Positions 1-12,171 of a stretch of 64,000 bases of DNA are shown in pieces (the first letter of the stretch is position 1; each line of letters begins with the position of its first letter). Made by a program: the position numbers and the translations under genes. Origin of the DNA: Chiloscyllium plagiosum (taxonomy: Eukaryota); the NCBI RefSeq assembly GCF_004010195.1, contig NC_057720.1:18359615-18423614 (forward strand). The letters run 5' to 3'. A model generated the notes under the pieces. The model ran no database searches, had not been told where the DNA came from, and saw nothing but the letters and a program-made list of their open reading frames with translations.

Positions 1-258
1 GGTGGAGAGGTTGAGGTGGTTAATGTCGCGGCGGCAGTTGGCCATGAAGAGATCGAGGGCAGGTAAGAGGCCAGCACGGGGTGTCCAGATGGATGGGGTG
101 TGTTGGAGGCGGGAGAAGGGGTTGTCAGAGGGTGGGCGAGAATCTTGGTTGAAGAAGTAGGCGCGGAGGCGAAGGTGGCAGAAGAATTGTTCGATGTCGG
201 CGCGGAGGCGAAGGCGGCGGAAGAATTGAGCGCGGAGGCGAAGGCGACGGAAAAATTG
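1..258 (-). mobile_element. Penelope-like element ORF fragment (N-terminal region upstream of RT), running off the window edge
   Basis: The minus strand translates as DIEQFFCHLRLRAYFFNQDSRPPSDNPFSRLQHTPSIWTPRAGLLPALDLFMANCRRDINHLNLST, which resembles the FFRRLRLRAYF...WTP...LDLF N-terminal motif of vertebrate PLE ORFs. Confidence 0.75.
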
Positions 259-1184
259 GATGGAGCTATTTGGACAATAATTAAAAGCTCCATCCAACAG
301 TCTTAAAAACAGAGACTCACAGCAGTAGAGGGGATGATGTCCAGCCTGTGGAGCCTAATACTTGAATGCGCAACCATCAGTGATGGGAAGAATTTGGGGA
401 ACGCAAAGAAGTTAATCACAAACAGTGATTGTTGGAACTGGTGGGGCACATGGTGTAGGGACCTATCAACACATGGGCTGGTGGCCCACAATCACAGATA
501 ATGTTTGCTATGGTCTAAGGCATCAATTGCAGCTGGGATTCTGTGGAAACCAGACTGAATTCCCCATTGCCTGCCGGGTACTGTCTTCCAGGATGAACCT
601 TTATCAATGTGCATGATGCTTTCTTCCGGCGTTAGGCTTAACACCGGTGTGGCACCACTTCATTGTCTCATGCTGAAATACCCGAGGGGTCGATGTATGT
701 ATGCTTTTTCACCTGGCCCCAAGGCAGGGGCAAGTTTGATTGCTGAGCTAGGCTTTGTGCAGTATAAAATTGAAACTAGAATTTTGGATGAGTTGAAGTT
801 AAAGGTTGCTGAATTGAAAACTATCCACAAGAGACTAAAAACATTGAATCTGGAGCTGAGAAAGGCACAAGTGAGATTATCAGTGGTAAATGAATGGCTG
901 ACGAAGATGTGGAGCTGACTGATGGCAGGGAGATCATGCAGTCTCTTATGTGAACCGTAGTTTAGCTTCAGGTAGAATAGAGTCTAGTTTTGTCTTGGGC
1001 GTGACAAGGAATGAGAAAGAGGAGGTTACAAGGGTGTACTTGTTTGTAATAAAATGTCCCCGTAATAAGACCTTTGTTAATGGAGTGTGTAACCAGTAAT
1101 GCAAACTTTACATTAACTGCATGCATATATATTGATCTTTGACATTTTAACACAAATAAGTTAATTTCTTCAAATGTAGCCATT

Positions 1185-1745
1185 TGGGTACAGAACGGCT
1201 CGAAGGTAGACGACAGAAGATGGTGGTGGAGAGTTGCCTTTCAGACTGGAGGCCTCTGACCAGTGGTGTGCCATAAGGATTGGTGTTGGGTCTGCTGCTT
1301 TTCGTCATTGATAGAAATTATTTGGGTGTGAACAGAGGAGGTATATTTAGTAAGTTTGCAGATGACACCAAAATGAGAGGTGTAGTGATCAGATGGGCCA
1401 ATGGGCTGAGGAGTGGCAGATGGAGTTAATTTAGATAAATGTGAGATGCTGCATTTTCGAAAGGTAAATTAGGGACATAAGTTCAGGGGGGAGACAGGAA
1501 AAATTTAAAAGGTTACTTTTTCACACAGTGGGTGGTGTGTTTATGGAATGAGCTGCCACAGGTAGTCCTGGAAGCTGATATAATTACAACATTTAAAAGG
1601 CATCTGGATGGGTAAATGAATAGGAAGGGTTTAGAGGGATATGGGCCAAGTGCTGGCAAATGGGACTAGATTGGGTTGGGATGTCTGGTCAGCATGGACG
1701 AGTTGGACCGAAGGGCCTGTTTCTGTGCTGTACATCTCTCTGACT
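1185..1745 (+). mobile_element. CR1 LINE 3' fragment with internal deletions
   Basis: Remnants of the RT motifs (SGVP, KFADDTK) and the CR1 3' tail ggaccgaagggcctgtttctgtgctgtacatctct. Confidence 0.85.
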
Positions 1746-1749
1746 GTTA

Positions 1750-2070
1750 ATTCACTTTCAGGATGCTGGCCAGCCAGCATTTATTGCCTATTCCTAGTTG
1801 CTCTTGAGGACGTGGTGATAAACTGCTTTCTTGAACTGCCAGTTTTCATTTGGTATCATTTAGATACACCCAATGACAAGGGAAAGAGTTCCAGCACTTT
1901 GACCCAACAGCACTGAATGAACAGCAATATATTTGAGTCAGTGGTGAGTTGCTTGGAGGCACTTTGTAGCTGGTGGTGTTTCAATGTATCTGCTGCCCTT
2001 GTCTTTCTATTGGTAATGGTTATAGGTTTCGAAGGTGTAGTCTAAGGAGCCTTGGTGAATTTCTGTGTGG
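1750..2070 (-). mobile_element. Old CR1/L2-clade LINE 3' end
   Basis: gcatttattgcctattcctagttgctcttgag is the reverse complement of the tail seen on + at about 4950-5025; related sequence at about 8270-8370 and 10880-10965. Confidence 0.55.
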
Positions 2071-2630
2071 GAATAGCTTACTAATACCAACCTCCACATC
2101 AAGCACTCCATGGGTATTGCATTGGTTGCATGTAGAGTGAAGATTCTTTCATTCTGCATGAGCAATAGAAATTAGCCCCTCAAAAAATGCAGTCTGAAGT
2201 GAAAACAGGAAGTGCTGGAAATATTCAGATCAGCAACTTCTGTGGAGAGAAACATAGGTAACATGTCATGTTAATGAGCCAGTGTTGATGAAAGGTCATT
2301 TCTCTGAACATGATGTTGAATATTTCTTAATTTAACCAAAGTCCCTGAAACAAATATCTTTCCTCTCCACCTGACTCTGTTGACGATATAAAAGGGCAGT
2401 GCACTGAGTCACATGGTTGCCATTCCTATGGATTTTGATGGAAGAATTGTAACTGATTTGTATGAAATTTAAATGTGTACATTTTAATTTGGTTATCTAA
2501 AACCTACAGTAGATTGCTTTGTCCATTGCTGGTGTTTTAATCCTTAAAATTCTGGGCATTGTAGTTATGGGTTTACTTTTAACAAGATAAAAATGGTTAA
2601 CAATCTTTGTCATTTTTCCTTCTTAAAAAG

Positions 2631-2833
2631 CTGCTGACCAAATTTGGGTTGGACAAGATCTATGAGGGTCAGGTGCAAGTGACTGGTGATGAATACAATG
2701 TAGAAAGCATTGATGGAAAGCCTAGTGCTTTCACCTGCTATCTTGATGCTGGCCTTGCCAGAACCACCACAGGCAACAAAGTCTTTGGAGCTTTGAAAGG
2801 TGCAGTTGATGGTGGCCTGTCTATTCCACATAG
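2631..2833 (+). CDS. RPL5: 60S ribosomal protein L5 (uL18), coding exon 5 (203 nt)
   Basis: aag| acceptor; encodes [67 protein letters not shown]; donor AG|gtaagg. Confidence 0.98.
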
Positions 2834-3344
2834 GTAAGGGGCTGTATTGTGTTCTTTTTATTCTAATGTTGTTTCATAATTTCAGGCTTTGATTTTGTGC
2901 TTTGATGCCTGATGTTGACATACACTGAACAGTGCAAACTTAGAAAAAGTAAAGTGTAGTATATAGGGAATTGAATCTATGCGTTTAATTCCTGAACTCA
3001 ACAGTATCTTTGAAATGTGGATTTAACCTACAGGAACAGAAATATGGATAGATTGGTGCATACTGCAATAACAACCAATTTGAATAACTTTGCCAGGGTT
3101 TCTTACAAACCTACATGAAAATGACTCTGTCCAGTTTCAGATTTGTATTTCTGGTAACTATGGTTTTAAGGTATTTGCATATTCTGTATCTGCTTTGTTA
3201 TAAGTCGAGTGGAGCTTAATTAAGTTATTCTTACAGGTGATGTAAATTTTGTTGAAAGACTAGATAAGGCTGTTTATAACTTTTGCAAAAGAGAAAAGTA
3301 AGTGAAATATTAAATGCATTGATTTTTAAAAAATATTATTCCAG

Positions 3345-3522
3345 CACCAAGCGATTTCCTGGTTATGACTCTGAAAGCAAGGAATTCAATCCTGAAGTTC
3401 ATCGTAAACACATCTTTGGGTTGAATATAGCAGAATACATGCGCTACCTAATGGATGAGGATGAGGATGCCTATAAGAAACAATTTTCTCAGTATACCAA
3501 GCATGGAGTCACAGCAGACAAG
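3345..3522 (+). CDS. RPL5: RPL5 coding exon 6 (178 nt)
   Basis: ccag| acceptor; encodes (S)[59 protein letters not shown]; donor |gtaggg; phase is compatible with exon 5. Confidence 0.98.
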
Positions 3523-3829
3523 GTAGGGAAATGATTTTTTTTAAAAAATGTACACGATTGTCATTGATCTGTCTTTAAAAACGAGTTTTTGTAGCCCAGA
3601 GTGAGAGGTTAGAGTATTGCTGTGTAGAAAAAGAAGATATAAAGTCAAATGTGTTGTGTGGTTTTTTTTTCAGGATCATTGATAGCTCGAATCTTATAAC
3701 ATAGAAATATAAATTATAACATTTAATGAACATATAAATTGATGAAATTGAAGTTTACGTTAAGGAAGATTGAAGAATGTTATGTTTAACTTAATCTATG
3801 TTAATCATTGTTTTAAAAAAGCCCATCCA

Positions 3830-4420
3830 CCAACTAAGTAAGACTTGACACTGAGCCACATGAGATGTTAAGATAAATGATCTAAAGTTGGATAGAAAGA
3901 GCGGTTTTAAGGAGATGTGAGTTTATGGAGGGAATTCCATAGGTTTGTGTTTAAACAATTGAAAACATAACACTTAAAATCAGGGATGTTTTAGGCACTA
4001 GAATTGGGAAAGTGCAGAGATTTTGGATGCTTGTCGGCTGAAGGAGCACTTCAGAGATAGGGAGGTGCAAAGCCCTGCACTGATATAAAACCAAGGATGA
4101 GATGAGCCAGTGCACTTTAGTGAGGCACAGGGTTAACTAGCTTTTAGGGCATAATACAGGTTAGAACTTGGGCATTAAAGTTTTGGGTCGGTTCAAGTTA
4201 ATGGAAAGTTGAAGATGGGAGGCCATCTTGGAGTGCGCTGTTATGGCTGGAGACAGTTGATAACAAAGGTAGATGTAGATGAGATGAGTCAGGGCCAGAG
4301 AACACTTGTGCAAGTGGAACTAACAATCTAATTGATAAAGCAGGAAGCTCATTTCATTGGCAGGATGTCAGGATTATGAATGGTACAGTTCAGTCTCTGG
4401 CAGTGCTTCTGTTGTTATTT
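3830..4420 (-). mobile_element. Degenerate L2-type LINE 3' fragment
   Basis: Contains ttgacactgagccaca...ggagggaattcca...aaaatcagggatg; similar to the split copy at about 15085-15165 and 19150-19520. Confidence 0.55.
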
Positions 4421-4648
4421 CTACATTTGTAATAAGGAATACGTGGTAGTTTTTGGGGCCTAGTTTGATGAAGAACTAGACCAGCTGAACTTTGCATCAT
4501 TGAGAAGGGAACGATTTGTGGTGTTCATTTGGCCTGGTGTTTGGGGCAGTGATGAATTCATTGTTTCTGTAGTTGGAAGTACTTCATCAATTGTTTACTT
4601 TAGTGTCAATCTTCTTGCAGTTTGGACAGACAACTACAATAGTATTAT

Positions 4649-4865
4649 CAGAAACAAAAACAGAAGTTGCTGGAAAAGCTCAACAGGTCTGGCAGCATCT
4701 GTGAAGAGAAATCAGAGTTAACGTTTTGAGTCCTGCGGAAGGGTCACTGGACCTGAAATGTTAACTTCGATTTCTCTTCACAGATGCTGCCAGACCTGCA
4801 GAGCTTTTCCAGCAACTTCTGTTCTTGTTTCTGTTTTACAGCATCCATAGTTCTTTTGGTTTTTA
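4649..4865. mobile_element. Fold-back (palindromic) PLE-terminus mini-element
   Basis: Arms of about 80 bp (4649-4727 and 4756-4833) are near-perfect reverse complements; the loop holds a decayed hammerhead-like segment (gaagggtcactggacctgaaatgtt). Confidence 0.75.
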
Positions 4866-6387
4866 TGATGATATTATATTGCATTGCTAAGAGTTCTCGG
4901 AGAAGATTTTGTAGTATTGTTTTATTGTGGAAAAGTTTGACACACTGCCAAAGCAGGGCAGTTGGGGATGGGCAATAAATGTGGACTATTCGAGTGATGA
5001 CTATGACCCAGGAATGAATTTTTTTTTAACAAGCTTGCCTTTCGTTGTTTAATAAATGCAAGTTAGTATATTCTTCTCCTACACTATAAACTGTTGCGAC
5101 TGTTAGAAATTCAACATTGCTTTGAGGGCATTTATTTTCACCAGTATTCAGCTTCTGTGCTACTAAGAATGTTTTAACATAAAAGTAGGACATTTCTACC
5201 CTCTTCAAAATCAGTTCACATAGTCTCAGTCCCCATTTCTTTCCTTGGAGCCCTGCAACATTTTTCTGAGTTTACTGAATTATGTTTTGATGGCCACAAC
5301 TAAGTCCAGTTCCTCTACCCCTTCAGATGCAGCATTCCAGATTATAATTACTTGATATGTTTTTTTAAAAACAAGTTTGTATTGCCATTGGTTCTTTTGC
5401 CAGTCCATTTGAATGTTTTCTGGTTTTGACTATTTGAACAGTGGGAAGTTTCTCAATTTACTGTCGAAACTCCTTGTGATTTTGAGCACCTCTTTCAAAT
5501 CTCTCAACCTTCTCTAAGAACAAACTGAGCTTCTTCAATTTATCCAGTAACTTTTTAAATTCTTTTAGTGGGATATGGTATTGCTGGTTAGGCTAGCAAT
5601 TATCGTGCATTCATCATTGACTTAGAGACTGAGCCAATATTTGATGAAGTTTCATCATAATTCTTATGTGTATTGTATGCCTTTCAAGCATTTACCCAGG
5701 ATCTTGTAGGCTTTTTAAAAATCGCTCTTCCAGTCTGCCCTGTTACCTTCACCAATGTTTATGCATGTGTCCGGGTCTTTTTGTTTTACATCTGTTTAGA
5801 ATAATATTCTGAGTTTATATTTTCTTCCTTGTTTTTCCTACCGGAGGGTGTCAATTTGCACTTCATTGTATTAAATTCTATCTGCCAGATGTCCTTGTCC
5901 ATCCGCCATTGCACCATGTCTTCTTGAAATATATCACTATTTTTCTCGGTTCACAATAGTTCCACGTTTTCTTATATACCATCTGAAAATTTTGAAATTC
6001 TGCCCTGAGTACCTCAAATCATGAACAAGCGAAGCAGTTATCCGGTGTATACCTTCCTCTAGTTTGAAAAAATAATCCCTCACCACTACGCTTCTCTGTT
6101 TTGTGCCTAATGTATTCATGTTGTTGCTGTCCTTGTTTCACGGGCTTTGCTGGCAAGCCTTTAACATAGACTTCTAAAAACGTGTTTAATAAAATGCTAT
6201 TACCCTCGTCAATTGATTAACTGAAGTACAAAATAACCAATGAATCGAAAAGATGGCGAGACATAGATAATGAGAAAACAACTGGTGGCATCATATGACA
6301 CACAATGAAAATGGAATTGCAGTAATCCAAGAAGTTCACTACTCTGGGTAGAAAACGCTTGCCTTTTGTGATATCTATATTTGAAGT

Positions 6388-6794
6388 TAAAAATCACACA
6401 ACAACAGGTGTAATTGAAAGCACGCTAGCATCAGGTCATTGTGGAGTGCACAATTGTAAGGCACAGAATTTATAGCAAAAACGTAGTGTGATGTAACTGA
6501 AATTATTCATTGAAAGATACCTTGATTGTCTGTTGAGTCTTTCATCTGTTCGAATACCATGATAGTTTCACTTCTTTCATGTGTAAATCACAAAACCTTT
6601 TTTAAGGTTGCATTCTCAGGTTAGCTGTAACAATTGATGTTAGCCTCACAATTATGTCCTCCACAATCACCTGATGAAGGAGCAGTGCTCCGAAAGCTAG
6701 TGTGCTTCCATTAAACCTGTTGGACTATAACCTGTAGTTGTGTGATTTTTAATTTTGTACACCCCAGTCCACCACCAGCATCTCCAAATCATGA
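6388..6794 (+). mobile_element. Non-autonomous PLE derivative with inverted termini and a hammerhead motif
   Basis: aaaaatcacacaac... at the left is inverted as ...gttgtgtgattttt at the right; flanked by a 13-bp duplication ctatattt(g/a)aagt at 6375-6387 and 6795-6807. Confidence 0.8.
6668..6702 (+). ncRNA. Minimal type I hammerhead ribozyme motif (PLE-associated)
   Basis: cac-CTGATGA-a-ggagc-agt-gctcc-GAAA-gc-TA-gtg: intact core strands, 5-bp stem II, stem I cac/gtg and palindromic stem III (AGCT). Confidence 0.75.
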
Positions 6795-6927
6795 CTATAT
6801 TTAAAGTGTTTTTATTCCAAAAAAACTTAAAATCTTGTATTTTTGGTCAAAGTTTGAAGGGACGGTAATGCTTAATCATCGTGCCAGTTTTATTTATTGG
6901 AGCTGCTTTCTTTTTAAATTTTCATAG

Positions 6928-7016
6928 ATAGAAGAATTGTACAAGAAAGCTCATGCTGCTATCAGACAAAATCCTGTTCATGAGAAGAAGCCAAAGAGAG
7001 AAGTCAAGAAAAAGAG
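6928..7016 (+). CDS. RPL5: RPL5 coding exon 7 (89 nt)
   Basis: ttcatag| acceptor; encodes [29 protein letters not shown](R); donor AG|gtatac. Not present in the ORF track. Confidence 0.97.
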
Positions 7017-7519
7017 GTATACACACATACTACACTCACTTTTGATTCTTACAAAAAGTAAAATTAGACCTTAATCTTAATTGAATCAGAAACAACGATT
7101 TATTTAGAATGAGGTTGAATCTACTTTCAGGTCAAGAAACGAAGGTAACTATCTTAATTGAAAGAGTGCAGTTTTTTTAATGTAGAAGCATAACTATGTG
7201 CTTGTTTACTTGTGGATCGACTATGTTTGTATGTTTTGCTTTGTGCGTAGAGTGGAAAGGTTATTTTCAACTCAACCCAAATTCTTAGCATGTGCTTGAA
7301 AGTAAATGTTTTAGCTGAATTATAACTGCTGGTAACAATAGAAGTGAGCCACTGTTGGGTCCATCATGGGTCCATCAAGGTCAACCCCTCAAGCTGCCTT
7401 CCTACCCAATGTGTTGCTTTGCTTGTCATGAGCTACTTTAAAATAAAAACTGAAAATACACAGTTCCTAAAATACCTTGAATAGATAGAATGAGACAACG
7501 AGCAAAGGAAAGAGGGTTG

Positions 7520-8370
7520 TAGTCATCGGAAGTTAATCATCTGAACCTCAGGACATTGCTGTAGGAGCTCCTTAGCATTGTGTCTTCAGCCCAGTCATCT
7601 TCAGTTGTTTTGTCAGTGACCTCTCCATCATAAGGTCAGAAGTGGGGATGATTGCAGCTGATTGTGTTTTGGTCAATATCATTTGCAACTTCACATGCTG
7701 AATCAGTCCATGCCCGCATGGAACAAGTCCTGGACAGCATTTGAGCTGGGCTGATGGGACACACAAATGTTGCTTGCTACTTAAGTGACAGGTAATTACA
7801 TTTTTAGAGAGAGGTTAGACATCTCCCCTTGAAATTATAGCATTATTATCACTCAATCCACCATTATTGACATCACAGTCATCATCATTGAGCAGAAACT
7901 AATCAACAAAGCCATATAAAAACTATTCCTAAAACAAAGCAGGACAGAGACTGGAAATTCTGCAGTGAATATTGTGCTTCCTGACTCCCCATAGCTTGTT
8001 CCCCATCTACAAGATGTAAGTTAGGAATGTTCTGTACTTAGTGGCGCTGCATCCAGAAACTCCTCCAGTATGGCAAACCTGTTGATTGGATTGACATCCC
8101 ATTTAGCTTAAATATTTACATCTTCCATCAATGACACAGTAGTAGCAGTGCATCCACCTGCAAGGCTTAGAAATCTATATCATAATTCTTTCATTGTCAC
8201 TACATTAAAATCCTGTAACCCACTTTGTAACAGCATGGAAGGAATACTGACATCAAATGGACTGCAGAAGTCTAAGAATGGAGACAGCGTCATCATCTCG
8301 TGCCCAAACAAGGACAGCCAATGAAAGTTGGCCTAGCTAGTATGGCCTCCATCCTGTGAAAGCATTTTTT
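7520..8370 (+). mobile_element. Old degenerate CR1/L2-clade LINE (RT remnant and 3' tail)
   Basis: Decayed RT segment resembling GVPQGSVLGP..FSCFINDL..IIRSEVGMFADD at about 7550-7665; tail near 8270-8370. Confidence 0.6.
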
Positions 8371-8780
8371 GAAACATCTGACCTTTTACCTGTTTTGAAA
8401 CACTGCTTGGCCTGGAGGAATTGTCACTCCGACCATTTTTACTTTAACTTTGTGTGATAAAGAGGTCAGAGGCTGTGTCACTACACGCTGCTGCTGTAAT
8501 TTGCAGTTTCAAAAGCATCTTACTGCACTGGATCATCTTCCTGGTGCTGCCTCCATTGCAGGAGTTGCTGCTGCTCGGCATAGGACATCCTGATAGTCAC
8601 CAATCTGAGGCTATATTACTGATGCAGTGCCGAGACCCAACCGCAGTCTGCCCCCTGGCCTCTAACCTGTAGCCATGGCAACGAGGGAAAATCCAGCTGG
8701 TTAGGAACTTAGCCACGTCTTGTCCTCACCAGCATTCTTTTCTGGCTCTGCATTCTTGGGACTTCAGTGACTGAGCATCT

Positions 8781-10817
8781 TAGAGTCATAGAGATGTACA
8801 GCATGGAAACAGACCCTTCGGTCCAACCCGTCCACGCCGACCAGATGTCCCAACCCAATCTAGTCCCACCTGCCAGCACCCGGCCCATATCCCTTCAAAC
8901 CCTTCTTATTCATATACCCATCCAAATGCCTCTTAAATGTTGCAATTCCACCAGCCTCCATCACATCCTCTAGCAGCTCATTCCATACACGTACCACCCT
9001 GTGTGTGAAAAAGTTGCCCCTTAGGTCTCTCAGCTGCAACATGACCTCCCAACTCCTGTACTCAATACTCTGACCAATAAAGGAAAGCATACCAAACGCC
9101 TTCTTCACTATCCTATCTACCTGTGACTCCACTTTCAAGGAGCTATGAACCTGCACTCCAAGGTCTCTTTGTTCAGCAACACTCCCTCGGACCTTACCAT
9201 TAAGTGTATAAGTCCTGCTAAGGTTTGCTTTCTCAAAATGCAGCACCTCGCATTTATCTGAATTAAACTCCATCTGCCACTTGTCAGCCCATTGGTTCAT
9301 CTGGTCCAGATCCTATTGTCATCTGAGGTAACCTTCTTCGCTGTCCCCTGCACCTCCAATTTTGGTGTCATCTGCAAACTTACTAACTGTACCTCTTACG
9401 CTCGCATCCAAATCATTTATGTAAATGACAAAAAGTATAGACCCAGCACAGATCCCTTGTGGCACTCCACTGGTCACAGGCTTCCAGTCTGAAAAACAAC
9501 CCTCCACCACCACCCTCTGTCTTCTACCTTTGAGCCAGTTTTGTATCCAAATGGCTAGTTCTCACTGTATTCCAAGAGATCTAACCTTGCTAATCAGTCT
9601 CCTATGGGGAACCTTGTCGAACGCCTTACTGATGTCCATATAGATCTCATCTACTGCTCTGTCCTCATCAATCTTCTTTGTTACTTCTTCAAAAAAACTC
9701 AATCAAGGTTGTGAGACATGATTGACTATCCCGAATCAGTCCTTGCCTTTCCAAATGCATGTATATCCTGTCCCTCAGGATTCCCTCCACGGTGGCACAG
9801 TGGTTAGCACTGCTGCCTCACAGCGCCAGAGACCCGGGTTCAATTCCGGGTGCTCCGGTTTCCTCCCACAGTCCAAAGATGTGCAGGTCAGGTGAATTGG
9901 CCATGCTAAATTGTCCGTAGTGTTAGGTAAGGGGTAAATGTGGGGGTATGGGTGGGTTGCGCTTCGGGGCGGTGTGGACTTGTTGGGCCGAAGGGTCTGT
10001 TTCCACATTGTAATGTAATCTAATCTAATCTAAAAAAAATTTGCCCACCATCGAGGTCAGCCTCATTGGTCTATAGTTCCCTATCCACCTTTAACCGTTT
10101 CAAGACATCCAGCACTTCCTCCTTTGTAATTTGGACATTTTGCAAGATGTGACCATCTATTTCCTACAGTCTATATCTTCCATATCCTTTTCCACAGTAA
10201 ATACTGATGCAAAGTATTCATTTAGTATCTCCTCCATTTTCTGTGGCTCCACACAAAGGCCGCCTTGCTGATCTTTGAGGGGCCCTATTCTCTCCCTAGT
10301 TACCCTTTTGTCCTTAATATATTTGTAAAAACTCCTTTGGATTCTCCTTAATTCTATTGCCAAAGCTATCTCATGTCCCCATTTGCCCCCCTGATTTCCC
10401 TCTTAAGTATACTCCTACTTTCTTTATACTCTTCTAAGGGTTCACTCGATCTATCCTGTCTATACCTGACCTATGCTTCCTTCTTTTTCTTAACCAAGCC
10501 CTCAATTTCTTTCGTCATCCAGCATTCTCTTTCACCCTGACAGGAATATACTTCCTCTGGATTCATGTTATCTCATTTCTGAAGGCTTCCCATTTTCCAG
10601 CTGTCCCTTTACCTGCGAACATCTGCCTCCAATCAGCTTTCAAACGTTCTTGCCTAATACCGTCAAAATTGGCCTTTCTCCAATTTGAACTTCAACTTTT
10701 AGATCTGGTCTATCCTTTTCCATCACTATTTTAAAACGAATAGAATTATGGTCACTGGCCCCAAAATGCACTCCCACTGACACCTCAGTCACCTGCTCTG
10801 CCTTATTTCCCAAGAGT
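8781..10817 (-). mobile_element. CR1 LINE ORF2 fragment with internal deletions, in RPL5 intron 7
   Basis: ORF-track pieces WADKWQMEFNSDKCEVLHF, VTSGVPQG...VSKFADDTKIGG and FYKYIKDKRVTRERIGPLKD; 3' tail at 8781. Confidence 0.92.
9788..10038 (+). mobile_element. HE1/V-SINE (internally deleted), nested in the CR1
   Basis: tRNA-like head (tggcacagtggttagc A-box, ggttcaattcc B-box), V-domain ggtttcctcccacagtccaaagatgtgcagg, CR1-like tail and (taatc)n. Confidence 0.88.
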
Positions 10818-11657
10818 ACTGTTTCTTTAGTGTTGCTGGGTCAAAACACTGGAACTTCCCACCCATAGCTAAATTCACCACCGCCTGCTCAAGGGCTGTT
10901 AAAGACAACAGTGAATGCTGGCCAGCCAGCAATGCTCAAATCACGTGAATGAATTAAAAAATAAAACCTCAACTGTCTACTAGTGGTAAAGGTGGTGCTC
11001 CCCAGCCACTTAGGGTTTGAACCTGAGCTGTTATTCCCAGTGAGGTTTGGTCCCCTTTCCTCAGAAGTGTGCACCCAAGTGGAGTTGTCTGAAGAAGAGC
11101 CACTTTTGCCCGCTAACAATAGATTGACAGTAACAAGAGGTCAAATCTAGGGAAGGATAACAAATTCAAATTGGGATTTGAGGAGAGGGGAGTTAGGCAA
11201 ATGTCTGGTTAAGGATAGCGCAATAGAGGAAAAAGTTAGATGAGTTGGGAACTCACTGGTGAAGGAAGGATAGGGAGCTCTGTCGTTGGAGGACAAGAGC
11301 TAGGAGATCAGGAACTGGGAAGAGAAGCTTCTTAGTGTGATAGAGAGGAGGCATTTTTGGAAGAGTGACATGTGTTGCGGTGAGAGAGGCTTTACTATTG
11401 TCACGATGGCGCATGTAGAACATGGCTGAAATTACATGAGTACATAAAACTGAAAATAGTACATGATATACTGTTTATTTTTATAATGAGCTTTAATACA
11501 TAGTGTTACAATGCTACTTTATTGCAATTTTCTTTTTGCTTCTATCTGTTGCATTAATTTGTGCTTTTTAAAATATATCTTTGGGAATGGGGCATCGCTG
11601 GCAAGGCCCGCCTTTGTTACCCATCCCTCTTTGCCTTTCAGAAAGTAATCGTGAGTC

Positions 11658-12171
11658 AATTTTGAGAAGACTTGTAGCTCAGGTTGAGGTTTTGGATGTG
11701 GGTTTGCTCGCTGAGCTGGAAGGTTTGTTTTCAGACGTTTTGTCACAATACTCAGTAACATCTTAAGTGAGCTTCCGGATGAAGCAGTGGTGGCATGGCC
11801 CACTTTCCATGAATGTGTTTAGGTTTCCTTGGGTTTGTGATGCCATTTCCTGTGGTGACAGCATTTCTGTGGTGATGTAATTTTCTGTTTTTTTTATCAG
11901 GGGGTGGTAAATGGGATCCAAGTTAATGTGTTTGTTGATAGACAAACAACAATTGCCTTGGAACCCATTTACCACCCCTGACAAAGAATAGGAAATGACA
12001 TCATCACAAAAATGTCACCACAGGAAATGACACCAAGGAAACTCAAACACATAAATAGAAAGCATGCTACACCACCAGCGCTTCATCCTGAGGCTCACTG
12101 AAGATGTTACTCAATATGGTGACGAAATGTCTGAAAACAAATCTCCCAGCTCAGTGAGCAAACCTACACCC
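11658..12171. mobile_element. Fold-back PLE derivative of a second family (GIY-YIG C-terminal remnant with inverted pLTR arms)
   Basis: Left arm (about 11695-11920) is the reverse complement of the right arm (about 11958-12171); the minus frame gives SINKHINLDPIYHPL; imperfect 13-bp flanking duplication (10/13). Confidence 0.78.
12095..12134 (+). ncRNA. Minimal type I hammerhead ribozyme motif (second PLE family)
   Basis: tca-CTGAAGA-t-gttac-tcaatatg-gtgac-GAAA-tg-TC-tga: CUGANGA and GAAA strands, stem II gttac/gtgac, stem I tca/tga. Confidence 0.68.

Noticed and set aside
100..306. 68-aa EAKAAEE-repeat ORF
   Set aside because: It is the antisense reading of the triplicated PLE segment.
607..918. 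103-aa ORF with a coiled-coil-like C-terminus
   Set aside because: It lies in an RPL5 intron with no recognisable homology or splice support; the adjacent 400-700 region may be a decayed LINE end.
2931..3305. gtgcaaact and tttgcaaaag words reminiscent of SNORA66 in intron 5
   Set aside because: The spacing is wrong and there are no guide pockets or hairpin.
4549..4640. C-box-like GTGATGA in RPL5 intron 6
   Set aside because: No matching D box with a terminal stem or rRNA antisense element was found.
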